Below, one piece after another: positions 19,950 through 29,644 of a stretch of DNA of 64,000 nt. Numbering within the stretch: position 1 is the first letter of the stretch; every line of letters starts with the position of its first letter. Source of the stretch: an uncultured delta proteobacterium (GTDB lineage Bacteria; Myxococcota_A; Polyangia; Palsa-1104); assembly GCA_963785725.1 (NCBI GenBank), contig CAWAWS010000030.1, forward strand, positions 1 to 64,000, read 5' to 3'. A model generated the notes under the pieces. It was given only the letters and a program-made list of their open reading frames with translations. It did no database searches and was not told where the DNA came from. A program made the translations under genes and the position numbers.

Positions 19950-21484
19950 GTGAGTCTCGCGACCGTCATCCTCGCCGCCGGCCTGGGCACGCGCATGAAA
20001 TCGGACAAGGCCAAGGTCCTGCACGCCGTCGCCGGTCGGCCGATGATCGAGTATCCGGTGGCGATGGCGCGCGCGCTCGGCTCGGGCCGCGTCGTGTGCG
20101 TGCTCGGCCATCAAGCCGACGCCGTGCGCGCGGCGATCGAGGCCAAGTTCGGCGCCGGCAGCGTCGAGGTCGCGATTCAGGCCGAGCAGCGCGGCACCGG
20201 CCACGCGGTCTTGCAGGTCGAGCCGCAGCTCGGCAGCCACGACGGGCTCGTGCTCATCCTCTACGGCGACACGCCTTTGTTGACGCAGCCGGTGCTCGAG
20301 CGGCTGGTGCGCGAGGCGAATTCGCAGACGGTGACGCTGATGACGGCGCGCTTCGCCGATCCGAGCGGCTACGGCCGGGTCGTGCGCGACGCGAACGGCA
20401 AGTTCATCCGCATCGTCGAGGACAAGGACGCCAGCGCCGACGAGAAGCGCATCGACGAGATCAACGCCGGCATTTACTGCGGCCCGGCCCAGTTCTTCTT
20501 CGAGACGCTGAAGTCGGTCGACGCCCGCAATGCGCAGGGCGAGATCTACTTGACCGACGTCATGGAGCGGGCGGCGCGCGAGCTGAACGTCGTCATCGTC
20601 GAAGCCGCCGCCGACGAGGTCATGGGCTGTAACGATCGCGTCGACGTCGCCAAGGCCGATCGCGTCGTGCGTCTGCGGCTGGCGACGCAGCTGATGAAGG
20701 CCGGCGTCGGCGTGCGCGATCCGGAGCAGCTGTTCGTCGAGCCGGGCGTGCAGGTCGGCCGCGACACGCTGCTCGGCCCCAACGTACAATTGCGCGGCAA
20801 CGTCGTCATCGGCGCGGGCTGCAACATCGAGCAGGGCGTCGTCATCAGCGACTGCACCATCGGCGACCGCGTGCACGTGAAGCCGTTCTGCGTGCTGACG
20901 GAGTCGACGGTCGCCAACGGCGCGCAGATCGGGCCGTGGGCGCACGTTCGGCCCGGCCAGCGTCGTCGAGGATGACGTTCATCTCGGCAACTTCGTCGAG
21001 ATCAAGAAGACGCGCATGCGGCAAAGGCGCCAAGGCCAACCACCTGACCTACCTCGGCGACGCGGACGTCGGCGAGAAGGTCAACGTCGGCTGCGGCACC
21101 ATCACGTGCAACTACGACGGCTACGTCAAGTCGCAGACGATCATCGAAGCGGGCGCGTTCATCGGCTCGGACACGCAGCTCGTCGCGCCGGTCACCGTCG
21201 GCGCGGGCGCGGTCACGGGCGCGGGCACGACGGTCTATCGCGATATTCCCGCGGGCGCGCTGGCGGTGACGCGGCCGGAGATGGTGATCGTCGAAGGCTG
21301 GGCCGACCGCAAGCGGCAGCGCATGACGGGCGCCAAAGGGACGAACGGCGTGCCGCACGGCGCCATGCCGAAGCCGAACTTCTTGCCGCCGAAAGCGAAA
21401 GCGGTGGTGAAGAAGAAAAAGCCGGCGACCAAGCGTAAAACGACACCGGCGGGACGGGGAAAGCCGGCGCGGAAGCGCGGTTGA
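19950..21484 (+). CDS. glmU: Bifunctional UDP-GlcNAc pyrophosphorylase/glucosamine-1-P acetyltransferase (apparent +1 insertions ~20957 and ~21019)
   Basis: [62 protein letters not shown]. Confidence 0.95.
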
Positions 21485-21529
21485 CAATAGTTTGCGTTAC
21501 GTAATAAAAAACGACTGAACGGTCATTCA
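21481..21529 (+). promoter_or_regulatory. Sigma70-like -35 plus palindromic operator
   Basis: TTGACA at 21481, an AT-rich stretch, then GACTGA-ACGG-TCATTC at 21513-21528. Confidence 0.5.
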
Positions 21530-21546
21530 ACTCTAGGAGACGGCAC

Positions 21547-21894
21547 ATGGCGAAGGTTCCCGAGAACGCGCAGCAGCTGTTCAACGTCGACGTGCCCGAT
21601 GCGCTGACGAAGTTCCCCGACAAGGCCAACGAGATCGGCGCGATCTACGTCTTCAAGATCAGCGGTGAAGGCGGCGGCACGTGGACGGTCGACCTGCAGG
21701 CGAAGCCGCCGGTGGTGACGCCGGGCGACTCGGGCAAGGCGCAGTGCACGTTCGACGTCGCGCACGCCGACTTCATGCAGATGATGACGAACCCGGCGAT
21801 GGGCATGCAGCTCTACTTCCAGGGCAAGCTCAAGGTCACCGGCGATCCGATGCTGGCGACGAAGCTGCAGAAGCTCTTCCAGCTCGGCGCATAA
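21547..21894 (+). CDS. SCP2 sterol/lipid-binding domain protein
   Basis: GGGTWTVDL...MQLYFQGKLKVTGDPMLATKL; AGGAG RBS. Confidence 0.93.
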   Translation: MAKVPENAQQLFNVDVPDALTKFPDKANEIGAIYVFKISGEGGGTWTVDLQAKPPVVTPGDSGKAQCTFDVAHADFMQMMTNPAMGMQLYFQGKLKVTGDPMLATKLQKLFQLGA

Positions 21895-23046
21895 ATGCAC
21901 GAGCCCCTCAAAGGGGTTCGTGTGCTCGACCTGTCGCGGCTCATTCCTGGGCCGTTCTGCACGCTCATTCTGTCGGACCTCGGCGCCTCCGTCGACAAGC
22001 TGGAAGATCCGCACGTCGGCGACTATTTGCGGCTGTTTCCGCCGCACAAGCATGGTCTCGCCGGCCGCTTCAACGCGCTCAATCGCGACAAACGCTCGCT
22101 CTGTCTCGACCTGAAGCAGGCGGCCGGTCGCGAGGCGCTGCTGAAGGTGGTGGCGCAATACGACGTGCTGGTCGAGAGCTTTCGGCCGGGCGTGATGGAG
22201 CGGCTCGGCGTCGGCTGGGCGCAGCTGTCGGCGGTGAATCCGCGCTTGATCATGCTGTCGATCAGCGGCTACGGGCAGACGGGACCGCTGCGCGACAAGG
22301 CGGGGCACGACCTGAATTACCTGGCGATCGGCGGCGTGCTCGGGCTCGCCGGACCGGCGGATTCGGCGCCGTCGACGCCGGCGATTCAGCTCGCCGACAT
22401 CGCCGGCGGCGCGCTGTTCGGCGCCGTCGGCATCTTGGCGGCGCTGTACGAGCGCGAGCGCACCGGTCGCGGGCAGGCCGTCGACGTCTCGATGTGCGAG
22501 GGCGCGCTGGCATTCCTCATTCCCGACCTGGGGAACTTCGACGCCGACGGCAATGTCCCGCGCCGCGGCGGGGAATTGTTGAACGGCGGCGCCGCCAGCT
22601 ATCGCGCGTATCGGACGAAAGACGGGCGCTTCTTGGCCGTGGGCGCGCTGGAGCCGAAGTTTTGGGCGGCGTTCAATGCGGCCATCGGGCGCGTCGGCGA
22701 TCCGTCGGAGCTGATCGCGCCGGCCGACGAGCAGGCGCGCGTCGCGGGGGAAATTCAGGCGATCTTGGAGCAGCGGACGCGCGACGAGTGGGAGGCCGTG
22801 CTCGTCGGCGACGTGTGCGTCGAGCCGGTGCTGGCGGCGGATGAGGTGGTCGCGCACGCGCAGCATGCGGCGCGCGGGCGGTTCTTCGACGTAGACGGGA
22901 TGCGGATGACGCGGATGCCGCTGGGGCGGCCGACGCGGCATACGGCGCCGCCGCGGCTGGGGGGCGATAGCGCGGACATTTTGCGCGAGGCGGGGCTGAG
23001 CGCGGAGGCGATCGCGGCCTTGCGGGCTGCGGGCATGACGAAGTAA
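21895..23046 (+). CDS. CoA-transferase family III (CaiB/BaiF, alpha-methylacyl-CoA racemase-like)
   Basis: LKGVRVLDLSRLIPGPF, ESFRPGVMERLG, AGHDLNY. Confidence 0.93.
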   Translation: MHEPLKGVRVLDLSRLIPGPFCTLILSDLGASVDKLEDPHVGDYLRLFPPHKHGLAGRFNALNRDKRSLCLDLKQAAGREALLKVVAQYDVLVESFRPGVMERLGVGWAQLSAVNPRLIMLSISGYGQTGPLRDKAGHDLNYLAIGGVLGLAGPADSAPSTPAIQLADIAGGALFGAVGILAALYERERTGRGQAVDVSMCEGALAFLIPDLGNFDADGNVPRRGGELLNGGAASYRAYRTKDGRFLAVGALEPKFWAAFNAAIGRVGDPSELIAPADEQARVAGEIQAILEQRTRDEWEAVLVGDVCVEPVLAADEVVAHAQHAARGRFFDVDGMRMTRMPLGRPTRHTAPPRLGGDSADILREAGLSAEAIAALRAAGMTK

Positions 23047-23060
23047 ACGGTCGTTTACTT
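23041..23060. terminator. AT-rich inverted repeat at the CoA-transferase stop
   Basis: AAGTAAACG-GT-CGTTTACTT. Confidence 0.4.
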
Positions 23061-23351
23061 CAGGCGCGGCGGATGGCGCGCGCACGGCGTGACGGGCGGA
23101 TGGCGGGCGCGGCGGGCGGCGCGCGGTTTGCGCGGCGGCCGGGCGGTCGTCGGCGGCGGGGAATCGGCGGCTGAGGGGTTGTCTTGTGGCTGCGCCGCGA
23201 CGGGCATCCGGTGGATGCGTGCGGCGCAGCTCCGCCGGAGTCGGCCAGCGTGGGAGCGGGCCACGCCGGCGGAAGGTTTATTTCGGGCGTACGCGCTCCG
23301 CACCCAGGCGCGCCCCCAACAGCGGCAAGCCTGGCGTAACCGCTACGGCCG

Positions 23352-23825
23352 CTACGTGTTGCCGCGGCCGGTCAGGCTGCTGCCGGCGAGCGGCCAGCGT
23401 CTGCCCGCGGCCACGAGCGCGTCGCCGTCGATGTGGCTGCCGAGCGCGCTCCAGGCCGCCGTCGACAGCCGCGCGTCGAAGCGCCCTTTGACCGTGCAGT
23501 AGGGCGCGCCGCCCGCGAGCAGCCGCACCGAGGCGTAGTCGAGCTCCTCCTCGCTGTCGTCGGAGAGCCGCAGGATGGCGCGGTCGCCCTCCCAGCGCGC
23601 CGAGCGCACGACGAACGGCGCGTCGTCGACGTCGAGCCACACGAACCGCTTGTCGTCGAGCCGCAGCACGTAGCGGCCATCGGGATTGCGGTCCAGCCAG
23701 CGCCAAAAAGCCGCGCGCAGGCCGTGATGGGTGACCTCGGCGCCTTCGTGCTGAAAATGCCCTTCGCGATCGAGCCGAATTCCGCTCTGCCGCAGCTTCT
23801 CGATCTGCTCGTCGGTCAGCTGCAC
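23352..23825 (-). CDS. DUF1285-like hypothetical protein
   Basis: IRLDREGHFQHEG...VDDAPFVV...PYCTVKGRFDARL. Confidence 0.75.
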   Translation of the reverse strand: MQLTDEQIEKLRQSGIRLDREGHFQHEGAEVTHHGLRAAFWRWLDRNPDGRYVLRLDDKRFVWLDVDDAPFVVRSARWEGDRAILRLSDDSEEELDYASVRLLAGGAPYCTVKGRFDARLSTAAWSALGSHIDGDALVAAGRRWPLAGSSLTGRGNT

Positions 23826-23832
23826 CGACGGA

Positions 23833-24033
23833 TCATAAGCGCCGTTCGTCGACGCGCGACAAGTGCAGGATCGAGTCTTTCAGCTGCAGCTTGGCCTTCT
23901 TGATCTCGGCGCGCTCACGCTGCTCTTCCGGGCTGAGCGACAAATGTCGATCGAGCTCGGACAGGCGAGCCTCCAGGCGGGCATGCTCGTTGCGAAGATC
24001 GGCGAGACGGTTGGAACGTTCCGGGCTCGACAT
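23833..24033 (-). CDS. YdcH/DUF465 family small protein
   Basis: LRNEHARLEARLSELD...IKKAKLQLKDSI. Confidence 0.85.
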   Translation of the reverse strand: MSSPERSNRLADLRNEHARLEARLSELDRHLSLSPEEQRERAEIKKAKLQLKDSILHLSRVDERRL

Positions 24034-24063
24034 CGGCACCTCGCGTTGCGCTTGTCTTACATT

Positions 24064-24738
24064 CTACGGCTGACGGCGCTGCTTGACCAGCTCGGCTTCC
24101 GACGGCCGCAGATAAGCCGGCGTGGCCGTCGCCAAATCGTCCGCGAGCCCCGCCAGGAACCGCGCCGCGCCCAAGCGCGCCAGATCCGCCGGATGCGGCC
24201 CCGCGTCGCTGTCGAGCAGGCGCGCGCCGGGCACGACGAGCGCCGGATACTTCAGCGCGCCCGACCCGACCACGACCGCCGGCTGCCAAGCGCCGAGCTG
24301 CGCCAGCAGCCGATCGGGCGCGATCACCGCCTCATCGCCGGCCCGCTCGGGCTGCCCGGCGACGACGTCGAACAGCCCGGCATACACTTCGCCCTTGAGC
24401 GCGTCGATGACCGCCAGGACGCGACCATCGGGAGCCCGCGCCGCGATCGCCGCCAGCGTCGAGACCATCGCCAGCGGCTTGTCGAGCGCGAAGCACAGCC
24501 CCTTGGCGGTCGCGAGGCCGATGCGCAGCCCGGTAAACGAGCCCGGCCCCGCGCCGCAGGCGACGCCATCGAGCTGCCGCGGCGTCAAGCCCGCCTCGGC
24601 GAAGCTCTCGTCGATCATCGCCAGCAGCGACTCCGAGTGCGTCGTCACCAGCCGCCGCCGCTCGGCCACGACGCGACCATCACGCCACAGCGCCACCGCC
24701 GAGGACGTCGTCGCCGTATCGAGCGCCAATACGATCAT
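24064..24738 (-). CDS. tsaB: tRNA threonylcarbamoyladenosine biosynthesis protein TsaB
   Basis: LALDTAT, HSESLL, GPGSFTGLRIG, P.YLRPSEAE. Confidence 0.95.
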   Translation of the reverse strand: MIVLALDTATTSSAVALWRDGRVVAERRRLVTTHSESLLAMIDESFAEAGLTPRQLDGVACGAGPGSFTGLRIGLATAKGLCFALDKPLAMVSTLAAIAARAPDGRVLAVIDALKGEVYAGLFDVVAGQPERAGDEAVIAPDRLLAQLGAWQPAVVVGSGALKYPALVVPGARLLDSDAGPHPADLARLGAARFLAGLADDLATATPAYLRPSEAELVKQRRQP

Positions 24739-24745
24739 GCTCGCG

Positions 24746-26416
24746 TCATCTCCACAGGCCTGAAATATGGCGCACGACGTCGTTGCGCAGCGCCAGCAGC
24801 ATCAACGCCGCCAAAAGCGCCAGGCCGATCACCGTCGCCCGCTCGCGCGCCCGCGCCGACACCGGCCGCCGCCGCACCGCCTCCAAGATCACGAGCGCCG
24901 CCTGGCCGCCGTCGAGCAGCGGCACCGGCAAGAGGTTCAAGAGCCCGAGGTTGAGCGAGATCAGCGCCGCCACCGCCAGAAAATGGTGCACGCCATGCTG
25001 CGCCGCGACGCCCGCCACTTCGTACACGAGGATCGGCCCGCCGATCGACGTCGCCGGCAGCCGCCCGATGAGCGTCAGCCCGAGCACGCGCAAGAGCGTC
25101 CCCGTCACCGTCGCCGCGCGCGCGATGCCTTCGCCGGCCGCGACGAACCAATTGTGATCGGGCGGCAGCGTCGGCACGGGCACGATCGCGCGCGCCGCCT
25201 CCGCGCCGAAGAGGTAGAACGTCGACTCCGTCTGGTATTCGTCGAGCTGCGAGCGCCGGTCGAGCCGAAAGCGCGCGTGCTGCTCGACGCCGTCGACGCC
25301 GCGCCACGTCACGATGTGCTCGTCGGTGGGATGCTCGTCGAGCGCCTGCTGCAAGACCTCCCACGCCGTCACCGGCGCGCCGTCGAGCTGCAGCACCTGA
25401 TCGCCGCGCCCGAGGCCGATCGCCGCCGCCGGCGTGCCCGGCTCGACGGCGTGCACGAACGCGTCCGCCGGCCGCACGCCCGCGTCGTAATGCGGCGGCT
25501 TACCCGGCGGATTGACGTTCAGCGGCACGAGCTGCGTCGTCCGCGGCTGCAGAATGAGCAGCGGCGCAAAGCCCAACGCCTCGTCGACGGGCCGCAAATA
25601 GGTGACCACCAGCATGCCCGAGCCGCGCGGCGCCGTAAGCGGACCGAGCTCGCTCGCCGTCTGCACCGGCCGCCCATGAATCGCCGTGATGATGTCGAAG
25701 CTGCGCAGCCCCGCCTTGTAAGCCGGCGCATTGACGTCGACGACGCCGATCTGCGGCAGCTTGAAATAGGGCGCGACGCCGACGAGCCCGACCTCTTCGC
25801 GACCGCCGAACGAATCGGTGCGCATGTGCACGCGCGGCGTCAGATACTTCGTCAGCGTGTGCGGCGGCTCGCCCGGCGCCGTCGCGCGCTCGACGGTGAC
25901 GCGCAGCTCCTTGCCCGCCGCTTTGAGGATGCGCTGGTTGAAGTCGTCCCAGCTGCGCACCGCTTCGCCCTCGACGGAGACGACGCGATCGCCGGGCCGC
26001 AAATCGGCGTCGGCGGCCGGCTGCCCGGCGAAGACGCTGCCGATGACGGCGGTGGGCGCGCCCGCTTCGCCCGTCGCCAGCTGCATGAACACGAACGCCG
26101 CGAAGCAGCCGTTGGCGAGCGGCCCGGCGAAGATGATGGCCAGCCGCTGCCACGCCGGCCGCGCGAAATAGGCGAACGGCTCGTCCTCGGGCGCGACCGC
26201 CGTGTCCTCCTCGCCGAGCAGCCGCACGTAGCCGCCGAGCGGCAGCATGCCGATGACGACCTCGGTGCCGCGGCGCGTGAAGCGAAGGAGCGGCCGCCCG
26301 AAGCCGACGGCGAGCTTGAGCACGCGCACGCCGAGCAGCCGCGCCATCACGAAGTGCCCGAGCTCGTGCACCGTGATGAGCAGCCCGACGAGCAGCGCGA
26401 ACCAGACCAGCGTCAC
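24746..26416 (-). CDS. rseP: RIP metalloprotease RseP (about 3 PDZ domains)
   Basis: VHELGHF, PLGGYV, AGPLAN, NLLPVPLLDGG. Confidence 0.93.
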   Translation of the reverse strand: MTLVWFALLVGLLITVHELGHFVMARLLGVRVLKLAVGFGRPLLRFTRRGTEVVIGMLPLGGYVRLLGEEDTAVAPEDEPFAYFARPAWQRLAIIFAGPLANGCFAAFVFMQLATGEAGAPTAVIGSVFAGQPAADADLRPGDRVVSVEGEAVRSWDDFNQRILKAAGKELRVTVERATAPGEPPHTLTKYLTPRVHMRTDSFGGREEVGLVGVAPYFKLPQIGVVDVNAPAYKAGLRSFDIITAIHGRPVQTASELGPLTAPRGSGMLVVTYLRPVDEALGFAPLLILQPRTTQLVPLNVNPPGKPPHYDAGVRPADAFVHAVEPGTPAAAIGLGRGDQVLQLDGAPVTAWEVLQQALDEHPTDEHIVTWRGVDGVEQHARFRLDRRSQLDEYQTESTFYLFGAEAARAIVPVPTLPPDHNWFVAAGEGIARAATVTGTLLRVLGLTLIGRLPATSIGGPILVYEVAGVAAQHGVHHFLAVAALISLNLGLLNLLPVPLLDGGQAALVILEAVRRRPVSARARERATVIGLALLAALMLLALRNDVVRHISGLWR

Positions 26417-26493
26417 GCGTCAGATCTAGCACGTCTTGGCGCGAAGCCAGAACGCGTAGGCCTCGTCGAGCACTTCGGCTTCGCGGCCGATCG

Positions 26494-28389
26494 CTAGAGC
26501 GTGCGTTCGGTCGGCGGGCGGTGGCCGACCGTCGGCGTCACGTGCGGCGGCGGCACCGGCAACGGCGGCATCATCGGCGGGTTCACCAGCGGCGACAACG
26601 CGATCCGCCACAGCGCGCCGTTCAACGCCGCCACGCCCACGATCGCCGAGTGCGGCACGTGCGTCGTCAGCTCGAAGTGCCCGTCGGACGCGTTCGTCGT
26701 CGACACGATCGCGCCCTGCCCCACCGTCGACAACAGATGCGCCACTTGGCGCTCCTCGTCGGCGTCGAGCGCGCCCGCCTGCTCGACGAGCCCGGCCGCG
26801 AAGCGCGCCATCCGCGCCGTCTCCAAGTACGACAGCGACACGCGCGACGCCTGCTTGTACTGCAGCGCTTCGGCGAAGGCGGGCTCGTCGCCGAGCGAGG
26901 CCGCGGGCACGCCGCGCGCCGTCGCGATCATGGCCGCCAGCCGCTCCTGATAGTCGGCGCCGATCGTAAACAGCGCCTGATCGCCGACGAACGCCGTCGC
27001 CAGCGTCAGCTTCTTGCCGAACAGCGACTCGAACAGGCGGCGCTCACTCTCCGCGCCCTTGGGCCAGGCGACGCTGACGTCGATGAGATCGGCCTCGACG
27101 TCGCCGAAGCGCGCCACGCGCCGCTCGACGCGAACATGCTTGGCCAGCTTGTCGGCGTCGAACAGGAGCGCGTGCATGACCATCGCGCCCAGCTTCGGCG
27201 CCACCGTCGCGTACACCTCGGCCACGGCCGCGCGCGCCGCGACCGCGTTGTTGACGCGATAGGCGCCGCCGATGCCGACGCCGAACGTGCGCCCCGGCCA
27301 CACGGCGTAGGCCAGCTCGCCGTTGGTCGTGCCGGCGGCGCGCGCGAACACCTCTTGCACTTTGTCGCGGTCGCTCGCCGGCGTCGCCGGCCGCGTCGCG
27401 ACGTCGCCGATGAGCTGCACCGACGCCGCCAAGTCCGCCGCGCGCGCCGCCGGGCTGGCATGCGTCGCGTACGCCATCACGCTGTCGCGCGGCAGGAACT
27501 GCACCCCCCACGCCGGTCCCGGCTGTTGCTGCTGCACGTAGCCGCGGAAGTCCGAGCCCTGCTTACCGACCGCGCGCGCCGTCAACGTCATGCCGCCCGA
27601 GTCGATGTTGCCGAGCAGGTCGATGCTGGAGACGCTGCGCAGCTGCTCGGCCAGCTGACGAAAGCCGCGCAGCGCGAACGCCACCTGCGGGTCGCCGGCG
27701 GCGCCGCCTTGTCCGGCGAGGCGACCGAGCTGCGCCAACATGCCCTCGAACTGCGCGCCGTAAGCCTCGTGCACGTTGTCGAGCGCGACGTGCACCGTCA
27801 GCGGCGCCTCGGCCCGCGCGCGCATGCGCGGCTCCAAGATACGCTCCGCCGCTTGCAGCAGATCCTCGCGCCAGGCCAAGATCGCGTAGCCGTGCGCGAA
27901 GGCGAAGCTCATCTTCGCCTGCCCCGACGGCACCGTGAAGCCCCACGCCGTCTTCGTGATGGGCGCGCCGTGCGCGCGCAGGAGCTCCTCGACCGCCTGC
28001 GGCGAACGCACCGGAATCATCGCCACGAACGGCTGCACCGAGTCGCGCGCCAACAGCGCCGGATTGAGCATGGCGATGCCGAGCGGCCGTTCGAGGTCGA
28101 TGAGCGCCGCGACGTCCGGCTGTAGGCCCAGCTGCGTCAACAGCTCCGCCTGCAGCTGCCGCGAATCGGCACCCGGCTGATCCGGTGACACCTGTTGCGC
28201 CAGCTTCTGCCCGTCGGCCAGCACCAGCCAACCCATGACCTCTTGGGAGACCTCGGGAGAATGTGGCAGTGACGACGGCGCAAGCGAGGTCTGCGGCCGC
28301 GTCGGCGTCGTCGGCAAGACGGCGTGATGCGGCGTGCAGGAAGCCAAGGTCAGCAGCGTCGACGGCAGGAGTAAGGCACGCACGTTCAT
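26494..28389 (-). CDS. Large hypothetical lipoprotein
   Basis: MNVRALLLPSTLLTLASC lipobox; long ORF with GC3-biased codons. Confidence 0.75.
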   Translation of the reverse strand: MNVRALLLPSTLLTLASCTPHHAVLPTTPTRPQTSLAPSSLPHSPEVSQEVMGWLVLADGQKLAQQVSPDQPGADSRQLQAELLTQLGLQPDVAALIDLERPLGIAMLNPALLARDSVQPFVAMIPVRSPQAVEELLRAHGAPITKTAWGFTVPSGQAKMSFAFAHGYAILAWREDLLQAAERILEPRMRARAEAPLTVHVALDNVHEAYGAQFEGMLAQLGRLAGQGGAAGDPQVAFALRGFRQLAEQLRSVSSIDLLGNIDSGGMTLTARAVGKQGSDFRGYVQQQQPGPAWGVQFLPRDSVMAYATHASPAARAADLAASVQLIGDVATRPATPASDRDKVQEVFARAAGTTNGELAYAVWPGRTFGVGIGGAYRVNNAVAARAAVAEVYATVAPKLGAMVMHALLFDADKLAKHVRVERRVARFGDVEADLIDVSVAWPKGAESERRLFESLFGKKLTLATAFVGDQALFTIGADYQERLAAMIATARGVPAASLGDEPAFAEALQYKQASRVSLSYLETARMARFAAGLVEQAGALDADEERQVAHLLSTVGQGAIVSTTNASDGHFELTTHVPHSAIVGVAALNGALWRIALSPLVNPPMMPPLPVPPPHVTPTVGHRPPTERTL

Positions 28390-28489
28390 GCGCCGTCCCT
28401 TTGCATCGCCGGTGCCGAACGCGGCAAAAGTCGCGCAAATCAGGCCGAAACACGGCCCTTTGCCGAGCCCGAACATGCTATGATAGAGC

Positions 28490-29641
28490 GTGGCTTCTCG
28501 CGCGCAGACGGAACAGCAGCAGCAGTCGCAAGACATCGGCGAGCTGCTGGCCGACCTCGCGATCAAGATCGACCGACTGAAGACGCTCTACGAGCAGTAC
28601 TTCATGGGCATCGAGAAGATGGAGCCGCAGGTGGCGCGCAAGGAGGTCACCCGCGCCATGCTCCTCCTGCAGCAGCAGTACATCCGCAATACGGCGCTGC
28701 GCTTCAAGTTCAACACGATGCTCCAGAAGTGGAACATCTACATCACTTATTGGAACCGGATTCTGCGCGAGATCGAGAACGGCACGTATACGCGCCACCT
28801 CGCCAAGGCGCGGCGCAAGGCCGAGCAGGCTGGTCGCGAGCTGCCGCAAGAGATCGCGGCCGCGGCGGCGAAGAAGCTGCTGCGGCAGCCGGGCACGTTC
28901 GACGCCATCGAGGACACGAGCGAGTCGGCGCCGCGCTTCCTCGACAACGAGACGGGCGCGCAGAGCGCGTACATGGGCTCGACGAACGACGCCGAGCTCG
29001 AGCAGGTGTGGGATCGCATCACCGGCGCCGATCCCAAGCGACGACCGCCGCCGACGCCGCCGCCGGGCACGCTGGCCGCGATTCTGCCGGCGGCGCTGAG
29101 CGGTCGCGACAAGATGCTGGCCGAGCTCGCCGCCGCCAAAACCAAGGCGCAGGCCGATCTGGACGCCCGCCGCGGCAACGTGCCGGCGCCCATCGGCAAG
29201 CAAGGCTCGGGGCCGACGCCGAGCGCGCTGCCACCGCCACCGCCGCCGCCGTTTGCGGCCAATCGCGCCGGGAGCTCGGTGCCGATCGCCATCGACAAGG
29301 ACAAGTCGGGACCGATTCCGCGCGCGGCGCTGCCGCCACCGCCGCCGCCGGCGGGCCAGCCGCGCGCCGCGGCCCTGCCGCCGCGTCTACCGCCGCCGCC
29401 GCCGCCGCAGCTGCCGAAGATTCCGGGCATGAACGAGCCCGAGCTGCGCGCGCTGCACCAGCGTTACGTCGACGCGCAAAAGCAGTCGGGCGCCGGCGCG
29501 GGCGTGAAGTACGAGACGCTGGTGAATTCGTTGGCGAAGCAGGTGCCGTCGGTGCTCAAGCAACCGGGCGTCAAGGGCGTGCGCTTCGACGTCAGCGTGC
29601 AAGACGGCCGGCCGATCTTGAAGGCCATCCCGCAAAAGTAG
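28490..29641 (+). CDS. MXAN_5187 C-terminal-domain-containing protein
   Basis: N-terminal helical LYEQYFMG...RFKFNT...W.R.LREIENG; polyproline linker; C-terminal VRFDVSVQDGRPILKA. Confidence 0.75.
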   Translation: MASRAQTEQQQQSQDIGELLADLAIKIDRLKTLYEQYFMGIEKMEPQVARKEVTRAMLLLQQQYIRNTALRFKFNTMLQKWNIYITYWNRILREIENGTYTRHLAKARRKAEQAGRELPQEIAAAAAKKLLRQPGTFDAIEDTSESAPRFLDNETGAQSAYMGSTNDAELEQVWDRITGADPKRRPPPTPPPGTLAAILPAALSGRDKMLAELAAAKTKAQADLDARRGNVPAPIGKQGSGPTPSALPPPPPPPFAANRAGSSVPIAIDKDKSGPIPRAALPPPPPPAGQPRAAALPPRLPPPPPPQLPKIPGMNEPELRALHQRYVDAQKQSGAGAGVKYETLVNSLAKQVPSVLKQPGVKGVRFDVSVQDGRPILKAIPQK

Positions 29642-29644
29642 CGG

